A DNA stretch of 64,000 nucleotides from IMG/VR virus record IMGVR_UViG_3300020190_000008, one strand, 5' to 3'. The notes under the pieces are model-generated. The model searched no databases. It was not told the DNA's origin and was given only the letters and a program-made list of their open reading frames with translations. Numbering within the stretch: position 1 is the stretch's first letter; each line of letters opens with the position of its first letter. This DNA comes from a virus. Below are positions 47,732 through 57,141 of the stretch, in pieces. The position numbers and the translations under genes are program-made.

Positions 47732-48361
47732 ATGAAAAAAAATCTTAAATTACCATTTACAGATTACGACAAAATAGAAAATAACTATAGTCAGGCAGCA
47801 CAAGATTTGTTTGTACTTTCTTGTTTGAAAGGGAAAAAAAATGGTACTTTTTTGGATTTAGGTTGTGCTCACCCAACTCATATAAACAACACCTATTTAC
47901 TTGAAAAAGATTTTGGTTGGGATGGGTTGTCAATTGACATTGACGAAAGTTTAACATCAAAATACCCAAGTCATAGAAATACTAAATCAATAACAAGAGA
48001 TTGTACTTCTTTAGACTTTGAAGAAGTTTTAAGTTATTATAATAGTAATCATATTGATTATTTATCTCTAGATTTAGAGCCAGCAAATGTAACACTAGAA
48101 TGTCTAAAAGCAATTCCATTTGATAAAATAGAATTTTCTGTTATAACTTATGAACATGACAAATATAGGTTTGGAGATCAATACCGAAAAGAATCCAGAA
48201 AAATATTTAAACAAATGGGTTATGAATTAATTTCTTCTGACGTTTGTAGTAATAATTTTCCTTATGAAGATTGGTATTACAACCCAAAATATGTAAATTA
48301 CGAATATATTAAAATTTTTGAAAAAAATAATAGTGAGTGGGATTTAATTATTTACGAATAA
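47732..48361 (+). CDS. FkbM-like methyltransferase
   Basis: YSQAAQD, LDLGCA, NNTYLLE, YLSLDLE, TYEHD, EDWY. Confidence 0.75.
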   Translation: MKKNLKLPFTDYDKIENNYSQAAQDLFVLSCLKGKKNGTFLDLGCAHPTHINNTYLLEKDFGWDGLSIDIDESLTSKYPSHRNTKSITRDCTSLDFEEVLSYYNSNHIDYLSLDLEPANVTLECLKAIPFDKIEFSVITYEHDKYRFGDQYRKESRKIFKQMGYELISSDVCSNNFPYEDWYYNPKYVNYEYIKIFEKNNSEWDLIIYE

Positions 48362-48362
48362 A

Positions 48363-49130
48363 ATGGTTAGCACAAATTTAGCCGGCGGTTTGGGTAATTT
48401 TATGTTTCAGATTTCTGCGGCATATTCTTTAGCTTTAGATAATAATGATGAATGTGTTTTTGATATACAAACAAGTAAAATCGGACATAAAAAAATAGAA
48501 ACGTACATACCGAATATTTTTAGAGATTTAAAATTTGGACAAGTAAAACCTGATTTTTTTTACAACGAAACAAGCTTTACGTATGAAAAAATACCACACA
48601 TAAAAAATCTTTTATTGAATGGTTATTTCCAGAGTGAAAGATACTTCAAAAATAATAGAAATAAAATTCTAGATTTATTTTCTATTGACAAAAATTCATT
48701 AAAGTACATTAATGAAAAATACAAAGATATTGATTTTTTAAATTCTACATCGTTACATATAAGACGTGGCGATTATAAAAATTTACCATTACATCACCCA
48801 ATATGTGAAATGTCATACTATCATAAAGCAATTGATATTATAAAACCAGAAAACTTATTAATTTTTTCTGACGATATTAATTGGTGTAAAGAAAGTTTTA
48901 AAAATTATAAAAATAAAATAATTTACATAGATGGTAACCCTGACTATATTGAATTATGGTTAATGTCTATGTGCAAAAATAATATAATTGCAAATTCTAC
49001 ATTTTCTTGGTGGGGTGCCTGGTTAAATAATAACAATGAAAAGATTGTTGTGGCACCAAGTAGATGGTTTGGTTCAGCAATAAAACACGAAATAAAAGAT
49101 TTATTATTAGAAGAATGGATCAAAATTTAA
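48363..49130 (+). CDS. GT11 alpha-1,2-fucosyltransferase
   Basis: GGLGNFMFQ, GYFQSE, HIRRGDY, FSDD, IANSTFSWWGAWL. Confidence 0.92.
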   Translation: MVSTNLAGGLGNFMFQISAAYSLALDNNDECVFDIQTSKIGHKKIETYIPNIFRDLKFGQVKPDFFYNETSFTYEKIPHIKNLLLNGYFQSERYFKNNRNKILDLFSIDKNSLKYINEKYKDIDFLNSTSLHIRRGDYKNLPLHHPICEMSYYHKAIDIIKPENLLIFSDDINWCKESFKNYKNKIIYIDGNPDYIELWLMSMCKNNIIANSTFSWWGAWLNNNNEKIVVAPSRWFGSAIKHEIKDLLLEEWIKI

Positions 49131-49963
49131 ATAAAATAAAATTAAAAATTGTTGATGCTGCCTTTTCACATTGTGAATACAGTAATAACCCAACACCTCC
49201 ACTACAAAAATCACAATATCTTTATTGGGATAGGTCACCAAACATTAATCAAAACGAAACATTGTTTGTTACAGAGTCTAACATTATGAATCAATCAATA
49301 ATAAATCTACCCATTAAAAAAATAGCTTGGCTTTTAGAATGTAAGTTTTTTTCACCTATGAACTATTATTGGATAGAATCAAATTATAAAAAATACGACT
49401 ATGTATTAACTCACGATAAAGAAATTATACCTAAAATTCCAAACTCACTTTGGTTACCTACTGGTGGTTGTTGGGTAAGTGATTCGGACTGGTCTTGTGA
49501 ATACCAAAAAAATAAATTAGTATCAATGATGATTTCTAATAAAACACAATTAGAAGGACATAAATTGAGACATAAAATTAAAAACGAAAACTTACCAATT
49601 GATATTTTTGGTAGAGGCTTTAATTACATTGAAAATAAAATAACAGCTTTAAAAGATTACAAATTTCACGTAACAATTGAAAATTCAAGGGTGCCTGGGT
49701 ATTTTACAGAAAAATTAATAGATTGTTTTGTAACAGGAACTGTACCAATTTATTGGGGGGATCCAAAAATTGACGAGGTTTTTGACACTTCTGGGATGAT
49801 AATAGTAAACTCTTTTGAAGAAATTAATGAAGTTATAAATGAAATTCAAAAAATTGATTTTGAATTGTACAAAACTGGGATAAAAAATAATTTTGATGAA
49901 TCAAAAAAATATATTTTATCTGAAAATTATCTTTATGAAAATTACAAATTTTTAATACAATAA
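49115..49963 (+). CDS. GT10-like (alpha-1,3/4) fucosyltransferase
   Basis: YKFHVTIENS...YFTEKLIDCF..GTVPIYWG; start MDQNL preferred. Confidence 0.8.
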   Translation: MDQNLNKIKLKIVDAAFSHCEYSNNPTPPLQKSQYLYWDRSPNINQNETLFVTESNIMNQSIINLPIKKIAWLLECKFFSPMNYYWIESNYKKYDYVLTHDKEIIPKIPNSLWLPTGGCWVSDSDWSCEYQKNKLVSMMISNKTQLEGHKLRHKIKNENLPIDIFGRGFNYIENKITALKDYKFHVTIENSRVPGYFTEKLIDCFVTGTVPIYWGDPKIDEVFDTSGMIIVNSFEEINEVINEIQKIDFELYKTGIKNNFDESKKYILSENYLYENYKFLIQ

Positions 49964-49965
49964 AT

Positions 49966-50571
49966 ATGAAACAACAAATTAATGAATGGTTTGCGGCAAA
50001 TGGAGATTCGACGTTAAGATTAGATTATCAACTTGATGAAAATTCAATAGTGTTTGATTTAGGTGGATACGTTGGTGACTGGACAAGTAGAATATGGGAA
50101 AAATATAAATGTAATATATTTGTTTTTGAACCAATACCACATTTGTCAGAACAAATTAAAAATAAATTTTTAGGTAACGAAAAAATTAAAGTATTTAATT
50201 TTGGTTTATCAAATGAAACTAAAAAATTAAATATAAATTATTCAGAAGATGGTAGTAGTTTCCATTCAAACGTAGGTAAACAAATTATTGAATGTCAAAT
50301 AAAATCAATTTGTGATTTTATTTCAGAAAATAAAATAGAAAAAATTGATTTAATAAAAATTAATACTGAAGGTGATGAATTCGAAACATTAAAATCACTT
50401 ATTGAAAATAATCTGATAGAAATTTTTACAGACATACAAGTTCAGTTTCATAATTTTATACCAGACGCAGAAAATTTAAGAAATGAACTTCAAGAAAAAT
50501 TACTTAAAACACATAAATTAACTTACAATTTTGACTTTGTTTGGGAAAATTGGCAAAAAAGAATAAATTAA
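49966..50571 (+). CDS. FkbM-family methyltransferase
   Basis: FDLGGYVG, FVFEP, KINTEGDE, QVQFH. Confidence 0.85.
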   Translation: MKQQINEWFAANGDSTLRLDYQLDENSIVFDLGGYVGDWTSRIWEKYKCNIFVFEPIPHLSEQIKNKFLGNEKIKVFNFGLSNETKKLNINYSEDGSSFHSNVGKQIIECQIKSICDFISENKIEKIDLIKINTEGDEFETLKSLIENNLIEIFTDIQVQFHNFIPDAENLRNELQEKLLKTHKLTYNFDFVWENWQKRIN

Positions 50572-51486
50572 ATGAATAATAAAATTTTAATTACTGGTGG
50601 TTATGGTTTAGTTGGGTCTGAATTTACTAAAGAAAATTATATAAAAATATCATCAAATAATGTTGATTTAAGAAATACTTTAGATGTTGATAATTTTTTT
50701 AACCAAACAAATTTTGATGGTATAATACATTGTGCTGCTAAAGTTGGTGGTGTTGGTAGTAATATGAAATACAAAGGTGAGTTTTTTTACGATAACATTA
50801 TGATGAATACTAATGTTATTGAACAAGCTAGAAAATACAAAATTAAAAACCTTGTAGCTTTTTTGTCGACTTGTGTTTTTCCAAACGATGTTGAATACCC
50901 ATTAACAGAAAAAAAAATACATCTTGGTCCACCGCATTTTTCTAATGATGCTTATGCCTATTCTAAAAGAATGTCGGACATTCAAATTAGGGCTTACAAA
51001 GAACAATATGATTTAAATTATAAGTCTGTAATACCAACAAACATATATGGTCCAAACGATAATTACAATATAGAAAACGGACACGTAATTCCATCATTAA
51101 TTCACAAATGTTATCTGGCTAGAAAAAACAAAACTGATTTTACAATTTGGGGTTCTGGAAAACCATTAAGAGAATTCATATTTAGTCGTGACGTTGCAAA
51201 ACTTACAGAGTGGGTTCTAGAAAACTACACCGAAAATGAACCAATTATTTTATCAACTTCAGAAGAAATCGCAATTAAAGATGTTGTTGAAATTATTGTT
51301 GAACTTATGAACTTTAAAGGTTCCGTAAAATGGGATTCATCAAAACCAGATGGGCAATTTAGAAAACCAAGTGATAATAGTAAAATTAAAAATTATTTAC
51401 CAAATTTCAAATTTACACCAATATATAATGGTTTAAAAGAAACTATTGAATATTTTGAAAAAAACTATAATCTTATAAGAAAATAA
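50572..51486 (+). CDS. fcl: GDP-L-fucose synthase
   Basis: TGGYGLVG, HCAAKVGG, STCVFP, YAYSKR, PTNIYGPNDN, HVIP, WGSGKPLREF, KPDG. Confidence 0.93.
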   Translation: MNNKILITGGYGLVGSEFTKENYIKISSNNVDLRNTLDVDNFFNQTNFDGIIHCAAKVGGVGSNMKYKGEFFYDNIMMNTNVIEQARKYKIKNLVAFLSTCVFPNDVEYPLTEKKIHLGPPHFSNDAYAYSKRMSDIQIRAYKEQYDLNYKSVIPTNIYGPNDNYNIENGHVIPSLIHKCYLARKNKTDFTIWGSGKPLREFIFSRDVAKLTEWVLENYTENEPIILSTSEEIAIKDVVEIIVELMNFKGSVKWDSSKPDGQFRKPSDNSKIKNYLPNFKFTPIYNGLKETIEYFEKNYNLIRK

Positions 51487-51488
51487 AA

Positions 51489-52493
51489 ATGAAAAAAATA
51501 GCGCTTATAACAGGAATAAATGGTCAGGACGGATCATATCTTGCGGAATTTTTACTTAATAAAGGGTATGAAGTTCACGGAACATTAAAAAGAAATTCTG
51601 TTTCAGAAAACCAAACATCAAGACTTGATGATATTTATAACCAATTAAAATTACATTACGGCGATTTAACAGATTTATCATCTCTAATTAGTGTTATACA
51701 AAAAACAAAACCAAACGAAATATATAATTTGGCAGCACAATCACATGTAAGAATTTCATTTGACCAACCGATATATACGGCTAACGCAACTGGGATGGGA
51801 ACACTAAATATGTTAGAAGCTATTAAACTTGTTGACCCAACAATTAAATTATACCAAGCGTCTTCTTCTGAAATGTTTGGAAACAACATTGATGATGATG
51901 GGTATCAAAGAGAATCGACACCGATGTCTCCGGTATCACCCTATGGATGTGCAAAAGTATTTTCATATAACATTTGTAGAAACTATAGAAATTCTTACAA
52001 TATGTTTATATCAAATGGTATTTTATTTAATCACGAATCGCCAAGACGTGGTACAAATTTCGTAACAAACAAAGTTTGTAAAGAAGCTGTAAAAATTAAA
52101 TTAGGTTTATCTGATCAATTAAAACTTGGTAATTTAGAGGCAACAAGAGATTGGGGGCATGCAAAAGATTACGTTGAAGCTATGTGGTTAATATTACAAC
52201 AAGAAACACCAGATGATTTTGTTTGCTCAACAGGAATTTCACATTCTGTAAAAGAACTTGTTGAGTATGTATTTAATAAATTAGAATTGGACTGGAAAAA
52301 ATACGTTACAACAGATGAAAAATTTTTTAGACCCGAAGAATTAAATGATTTGAAAGGCGATTCAAAAAAACTAAAGTCTACAACTGGTTGGGAACCAACT
52401 TATACATTTGAAACGATGTTAGACGAAATGATAGACTATTGGCTAAACAAATTAAAAAAAGACTATGAACAGAAAGAAAGTTACACAGAATGA
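51489..52493 (+). CDS. gmd: GDP-mannose 4,6-dehydratase
   Basis: ALITGINGQDGSYLAE, NLAAQSHV, QASSSEMFG, SPYGCAK, LFNHESPRRG, RDWGHAKDYV. Confidence 0.96.
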   Translation: MKKIALITGINGQDGSYLAEFLLNKGYEVHGTLKRNSVSENQTSRLDDIYNQLKLHYGDLTDLSSLISVIQKTKPNEIYNLAAQSHVRISFDQPIYTANATGMGTLNMLEAIKLVDPTIKLYQASSSEMFGNNIDDDGYQRESTPMSPVSPYGCAKVFSYNICRNYRNSYNMFISNGILFNHESPRRGTNFVTNKVCKEAVKIKLGLSDQLKLGNLEATRDWGHAKDYVEAMWLILQQETPDDFVCSTGISHSVKELVEYVFNKLELDWKKYVTTDEKFFRPEELNDLKGDSKKLKSTTGWEPTYTFETMLDEMIDYWLNKLKKDYEQKESYTE

Positions 52494-53196
52494 TGATTCC
52501 GAATCAAAACCGTTTTCAAGAAAAGAATACATTAATTCCGTAATTAAGAAAAAACAAAAAAATAAATTTTTAACTGAACACCAAGAAGATTATTATAATA
52601 TTTTAAAATCAAACGAAATAACAATTGCTTCAGGGCCGGCAGGTGTTGGTAAATCATATATAGCAATGAAAGCAGCTGTTGATTTACTTATGGATCCAAA
52701 TAATTCTTATGAAAAAATTATAATTGTAAGGCCAGCTGTTGAAGCTGAAGAAAAACTTGGTTCATTACCTGGTAATTTAGAAGAAAAGTTAGATCCTTAT
52801 ATTTTTCCTTCTTACTACTTATTGAATAAAATTATCGGTAAGGAAGCTAGAGAAAAATTAAAGGATGCTGAAATTATAGAAGTTTTTGCTCTTGCATATA
52901 TGAGAGGTATGAACATAGATAATTCAATATTAATTTTTGAAGAAGCACAAAATTCAACACCAAATCAAATGAAACTTTTATTGACAAGAATAGGTTTCAA
53001 TAGTAAATTCTTTATATCAGGTGATTTAGAACAAACTGACAGATATAAAGATAAAAAACAATCAGGTCTTTATGATGCAATACAAAGATTTACTGATATT
53101 CCAAATATTGGTGTTTTTGATTTTAGAGGTGCAAAAAATGTTCGTAACCCATTAATAGGTAAAATATTGTCAAAATATGAAGAGAATAGGGATTGA
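52465..53196 (+). CDS. phoH: PhoH-family ATPase
   Basis: GPAGVGKS, RPAVE, LGSLPG, AYMRG, EEAQN, LLTRIG, SGDLEQ, VRNPL. Confidence 0.93.
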   Translation: MNRKKVTQNDDSESKPFSRKEYINSVIKKKQKNKFLTEHQEDYYNILKSNEITIASGPAGVGKSYIAMKAAVDLLMDPNNSYEKIIIVRPAVEAEEKLGSLPGNLEEKLDPYIFPSYYLLNKIIGKEAREKLKDAEIIEVFALAYMRGMNIDNSILIFEEAQNSTPNQMKLLLTRIGFNSKFFISGDLEQTDRYKDKKQSGLYDAIQRFTDIPNIGVFDFRGAKNVRNPLIGKILSKYEENRD

Positions 53197-53839
53197 AATT
53201 AATGGTGTTTTAAGAGACACCATAGAAAAATTTAAACAAGTTTATGAAAAACATTTAATTTATAGCAACCAAAATGAATTTATAGGTCAAACATATAAAC
53301 TTGATATGTCTGGAAATACTGAAGAAGAAACAACACCAGAACCATTTAACTATGAAATAATTAGTGATGTCAATTCTTTAGATTTAATGAAACATTTTTC
53401 ATTTCAAAATAAAGAAGAATTATATTCATTTATGTATGAAGAATATACAATGGAATTATTTGGTCACGCACCATCAACAGAAATGAACACATTTAACATA
53501 TTAAATGATTTGTACTACGAATTAAGAGATGAATTCGAACTTTTGATTGTTTCCGATGAAATTGGTAAATCAAAGCCAGCATCATTATTTTTTTTAGCAA
53601 AATTTGGATGTTTATTAGAAAAGGTTGTTTTTTATAGTGAAGTTACAAAATCTGAAATGTGGGACGAAGTAGACATATTAATAACATCGAATCCAGATTT
53701 AATTAAAAATAAACCAGAAAATAAGACTGTTATAAAATTTATTCGTGAATATAATAAAGAAATTAATTGTGACTTTGAAATATCCACTTTATCTGATTTT
53801 AACTTATTATTAAAAAAAATAAAAGAAGAATATGTTTAA
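53177..53839 (+). CDS. 5'(3')-nucleotidase-like HAD-fold protein with degenerate motif I
   Basis: RIGIEINGVLRD in place of canonical IxIDxDGVL; C-terminal REYN. Confidence 0.55.
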   Translation: MKRIGIEINGVLRDTIEKFKQVYEKHLIYSNQNEFIGQTYKLDMSGNTEEETTPEPFNYEIISDVNSLDLMKHFSFQNKEELYSFMYEEYTMELFGHAPSTEMNTFNILNDLYYELRDEFELLIVSDEIGKSKPASLFFLAKFGCLLEKVVFYSEVTKSEMWDEVDILITSNPDLIKNKPENKTVIKFIREYNKEINCDFEISTLSDFNLLLKKIKEEYV

Positions 53840-54134
53840 AATATTTAATGAAAACTATTACATTGACATTGATGCAGTTGATGAATATGTACAATTTACG
53901 GCTGAACTTAAAGAAGAGCTTGATGGTGGCGACGTTGATATGGCAACAGAAAAAAAGGAAGAAAAACAAATTCATTTAGTAAAATATGAATTAATTAAAA
54001 ATTTTTTAGAAACAGTATTAACAGAATCAAATGAAGTTGATGAAGATTTAGGTATGAAATCAAATGAAGTTTCAATACCATTTAAAATTGCATTTAATTC
54101 ATTATTAATTAAGAAAATAATAAATAAAATATAA
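53832..54134 (+). CDS. Hypothetical protein
   Basis: ORF track; tightly packed in operon. Confidence 0.75.
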   Translation: MFKIFNENYYIDIDAVDEYVQFTAELKEELDGGDVDMATEKKEEKQIHLVKYELIKNFLETVLTESNEVDEDLGMKSNEVSIPFKIAFNSLLIKKIINKI

Positions 54135-54139
54135 AAAGT

Positions 54140-55201
54140 ATGAATGCCGAACAGATAAAAAAATTAGAAAAAGCAGTTCAAAGTATGAAGGACAAAAAAT
54201 CCAGATTATACTTTGTTGTCCAGGATACTAAAGGAAATGCGAAAGCTTCAGTTAGACTGACTTATCAAATCGCTATGGTCTTAAAAAAAGATGGTCACAA
54301 TCCTATAATATTACACGAAAACAAAGAATATATTGGTGTTGGTGAATGGTTAGGTGAAGAATATATGAATGAACTACAACATAAATCTATTGATGATGGT
54401 AATTTAGAAATTTCACCAGATGATATTTTAATTATACCAGAAATTTTTGGATATGTTATGGACCAAGTAAAAAAGTTACCTTGTGGAAAAGTTGTTATAG
54501 CACAAGCTTATGACCATATTTTTGAAACACTACAACCTGGACAAAACTGGCAACAATTAGGGTTTTTTAAATGTATCACAACTTCCGAAACACAAAAAAC
54601 CCATATTGAACAAATTATGAGAAAAGTTTCTTTCGAAATTATAAAACCTATAATAAGTGATTGTTTTGTTAAAAGTGAAAACCCAGCAAAAACTATCATT
54701 TCAATCCATTCAAGAGATCAAAGGGAAACTGTAAATTTAATTAAACAATTCTATGTTAAGTTTCCACAATATAGATGGATTACATTTAGAGATTTAAGAG
54801 GACTAACAGAAAAAGAATTTGCAACAGCACTTAAAGAAAGTTTTGTTTCGGTATGGATTGATCAAACAAGTGGTTTTGGTACATTCCCATTAGAATCAAT
54901 GAAATCTGGTGTTCCAGTTATTGGTATGTTACCACATTTACAACCAGAATGGTTGAACGAAGACAACGGAATTTGGTTAGCAAATAAAAATTCATTGGTT
55001 GAAGTTGTTGCCGATTTTACACAGAACTGGTTAGAAGATAATTTGAACCCAGAACTTTTTGATGCTATGGATAAAACTGTTGAGCAATACTCAAACATCG
55101 AAAACTTTGAAAAAAATGTTATTAGTGTTTTTTCAGAAATGATAGAAACAAGAATGAAAACATTTGAAGAACAACTAAATAAATTTGAAACAATTGATTA
55201 A
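54140..55201 (+). CDS. GT4-like glycosyltransferase
   Basis: DILIIPE, SGFGTFPLESMKSGVPVIG. Confidence 0.75.
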   Translation: MNAEQIKKLEKAVQSMKDKKSRLYFVVQDTKGNAKASVRLTYQIAMVLKKDGHNPIILHENKEYIGVGEWLGEEYMNELQHKSIDDGNLEISPDDILIIPEIFGYVMDQVKKLPCGKVVIAQAYDHIFETLQPGQNWQQLGFFKCITTSETQKTHIEQIMRKVSFEIIKPIISDCFVKSENPAKTIISIHSRDQRETVNLIKQFYVKFPQYRWITFRDLRGLTEKEFATALKESFVSVWIDQTSGFGTFPLESMKSGVPVIGMLPHLQPEWLNEDNGIWLANKNSLVEVVADFTQNWLEDNLNPELFDAMDKTVEQYSNIENFEKNVISVFSEMIETRMKTFEEQLNKFETID

Positions 55202-55202
55202 T

Positions 55203-56009
55203 ATGGAAAGTAAAAACACAATATCGGTTATATTACCAATAAAATCTGGTAAAGCAGTAGACTTTGAAGAATTTTTTGAAAAGGCAATAACTTCTGTAAA
55301 AAACCAAGAAGGTTTAGTTAGTGAATTAATTATTGTTCACGTAGGAGAAAGTTATTTTCAAAATTTTGTTTCAAGTTTTGATTTTGGAACATTAGATGTA
55401 ATTATAGAAGAATTTGACGGAAGCCCAAGTTTTGCAAACCAGGTAAATTATGGTGTTAGTAAAGCAACATCTGAGTGGGTTTCTATTTTGGAATTTGACG
55501 ATGAATACTCCAAAATTTGGTTCAAGAATGCAAAAAATTATATGGACATTTATGGTAATGTTGACGCATTTTTACCAATAGTTGTTGATGTGGACTATAA
55601 AGGTGTTTTTGTGGGTTTTACCAATGAAGCAACTTTTGCTGCAAACTTTTCAACTGAAATGGGTTACTTGGATAATGAAACTTTACTTACATACCAAAAT
55701 TTCCAAATATCTGGAATGGTCATAAGAAAAAAATCTTTCGTTGATTTTGGAATGTTAAAAGATTCTTTCAAACTCACGTTTGGTTATGAGTTCTTGTTAA
55801 GAATGACAAATAACAATGTTAAAATTATGACAATACCAAGAATCGGTTACAAACATATGAATTTAAGAGATGGGTCAATTTTCTGGAATTACAAAAATGG
55901 TGATGATAGATTATCTGAAGATGAAGTTAAATTCTGGATTGACTCCGCTAAAAGAGAATATCTTTTTATTAAAGAAAGAGATATAAAATATGAACCACAA
56001 GAAGTTTGA
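55203..56009 (+). CDS. GT2-like glycosyltransferase
   Basis: ISVILPI, AITSVKNQ, NYGV, ILEFDD; ATG start MESKN preferred. Confidence 0.75.
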   Translation: MESKNTISVILPIKSGKAVDFEEFFEKAITSVKNQEGLVSELIIVHVGESYFQNFVSSFDFGTLDVIIEEFDGSPSFANQVNYGVSKATSEWVSILEFDDEYSKIWFKNAKNYMDIYGNVDAFLPIVVDVDYKGVFVGFTNEATFAANFSTEMGYLDNETLLTYQNFQISGMVIRKKSFVDFGMLKDSFKLTFGYEFLLRMTNNNVKIMTIPRIGYKHMNLRDGSIFWNYKNGDDRLSEDEVKFWIDSAKREYLFIKERDIKYEPQEV

Positions 56010-56761
56010 TGTTAATTAATGAAGAAAATTGTGAACAATGTGATGATAAGAAAAAGAAAGGAAGAAAACCAAAAGTAAAAAACTATTTTGCCGAACAAGA
56101 AGAAATTGCGGTAAGAAACTATCTAAAAGCAACTACTTTTGAAGAAAAAAACAAAATATATAATGATTTTTTGAAACATCCTTTAGATAAAATGATATCG
56201 TCAATAATTAGACGATACAAATTATATAGAAAAGATATGGACTACGAAGAAATCCATATTGACACACATTCATTTTTGATGACCAAAATTGATAAATTTA
56301 AACCATCAAAAGAAAAAAAAGCGTATTCCTATTTTGGAACTATTTGTAAAAATTATTTGATGGGTCAAATAATGAAAGATCAAAAAGAAATGAATAGAAA
56401 AATTTCTTATCAAGACATTTCAACTGATTTACAAAATAGTCCAGATATGGTTTACTATATCGACAATGAAGAAATTACAAGTGAAGAAATTATGAAAAAA
56501 TTTCTTAAAAAACTTAAAACTTCATTAGAAGATAAAAAAATAACTGAACAAGAACAAAAACTTGGTCAATCACTTTTTGACCTTTTTGAAAATTATAAAA
56601 ATCTTTTTATTGAAACAAACAACAATAATAAGTTCAATAAAAATGTTATTTTATTTGAATTGAGGGAGATGACTAATTTAACAACTAAAGAAATTAGGGC
56701 ATCTATGAAGAGATATAAAAAATTATATGGTGAATTGTTACAGGATATTTTAAAAGATTAG
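56006..56761 (+). CDS. Phage sigma-factor-like protein (T4 gp55-like region 2)
   Basis: KNYF...KIDKFKP...KAYSYFGTICKNYL resembles sigma region 2.3-2.4 of phage late sigmas. Confidence 0.6.
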   Translation: MMLINEENCEQCDDKKKKGRKPKVKNYFAEQEEIAVRNYLKATTFEEKNKIYNDFLKHPLDKMISSIIRRYKLYRKDMDYEEIHIDTHSFLMTKIDKFKPSKEKKAYSYFGTICKNYLMGQIMKDQKEMNRKISYQDISTDLQNSPDMVYYIDNEEITSEEIMKKFLKKLKTSLEDKKITEQEQKLGQSLFDLFENYKNLFIETNNNNKFNKNVILFELREMTNLTTKEIRASMKRYKKLYGELLQDILKD

Positions 56762-56772
56762 TATTTATTAAT

Positions 56773-57141
56773 ATGCCAAGACCACAAAAAAAACAAATTA
56801 ATCTTACAAAAGATTCTATGTTATCTTTGATGCAAGAAATTTATAATGAACTTGTTGAACAAAGAAATACAGCTATTAGGATTCAAAATAAAATGTTAAC
56901 AATGATGAAAGAACCAGAAGATATGACACTAATTGGTCCTGTTATTGAAAAACAACAAAAAATTATAAACGATTGTGTTGAAAAGAAACTTTCATTATCG
57001 AAACTACAAGCCCAAATTTGGCAAAAATCACAAGAAAAAGAAGAAGAGTTTACTCTTTCAGACTTAGATTTAGATGATGACGTTATGAAGTCATTAATAG
57101 AAAAAGATACTTCAGATAAAAATTATAAAATGAAAAAATAA
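56773..57141 (+). CDS. Hypothetical helical protein
   Basis: ORF track; TATTTAT at 56762-56768. Confidence 0.7.
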   Translation: MPRPQKKQINLTKDSMLSLMQEIYNELVEQRNTAIRIQNKMLTMMKEPEDMTLIGPVIEKQQKIINDCVEKKLSLSKLQAQIWQKSQEKEEEFTLSDLDLDDDVMKSLIEKDTSDKNYKMKK

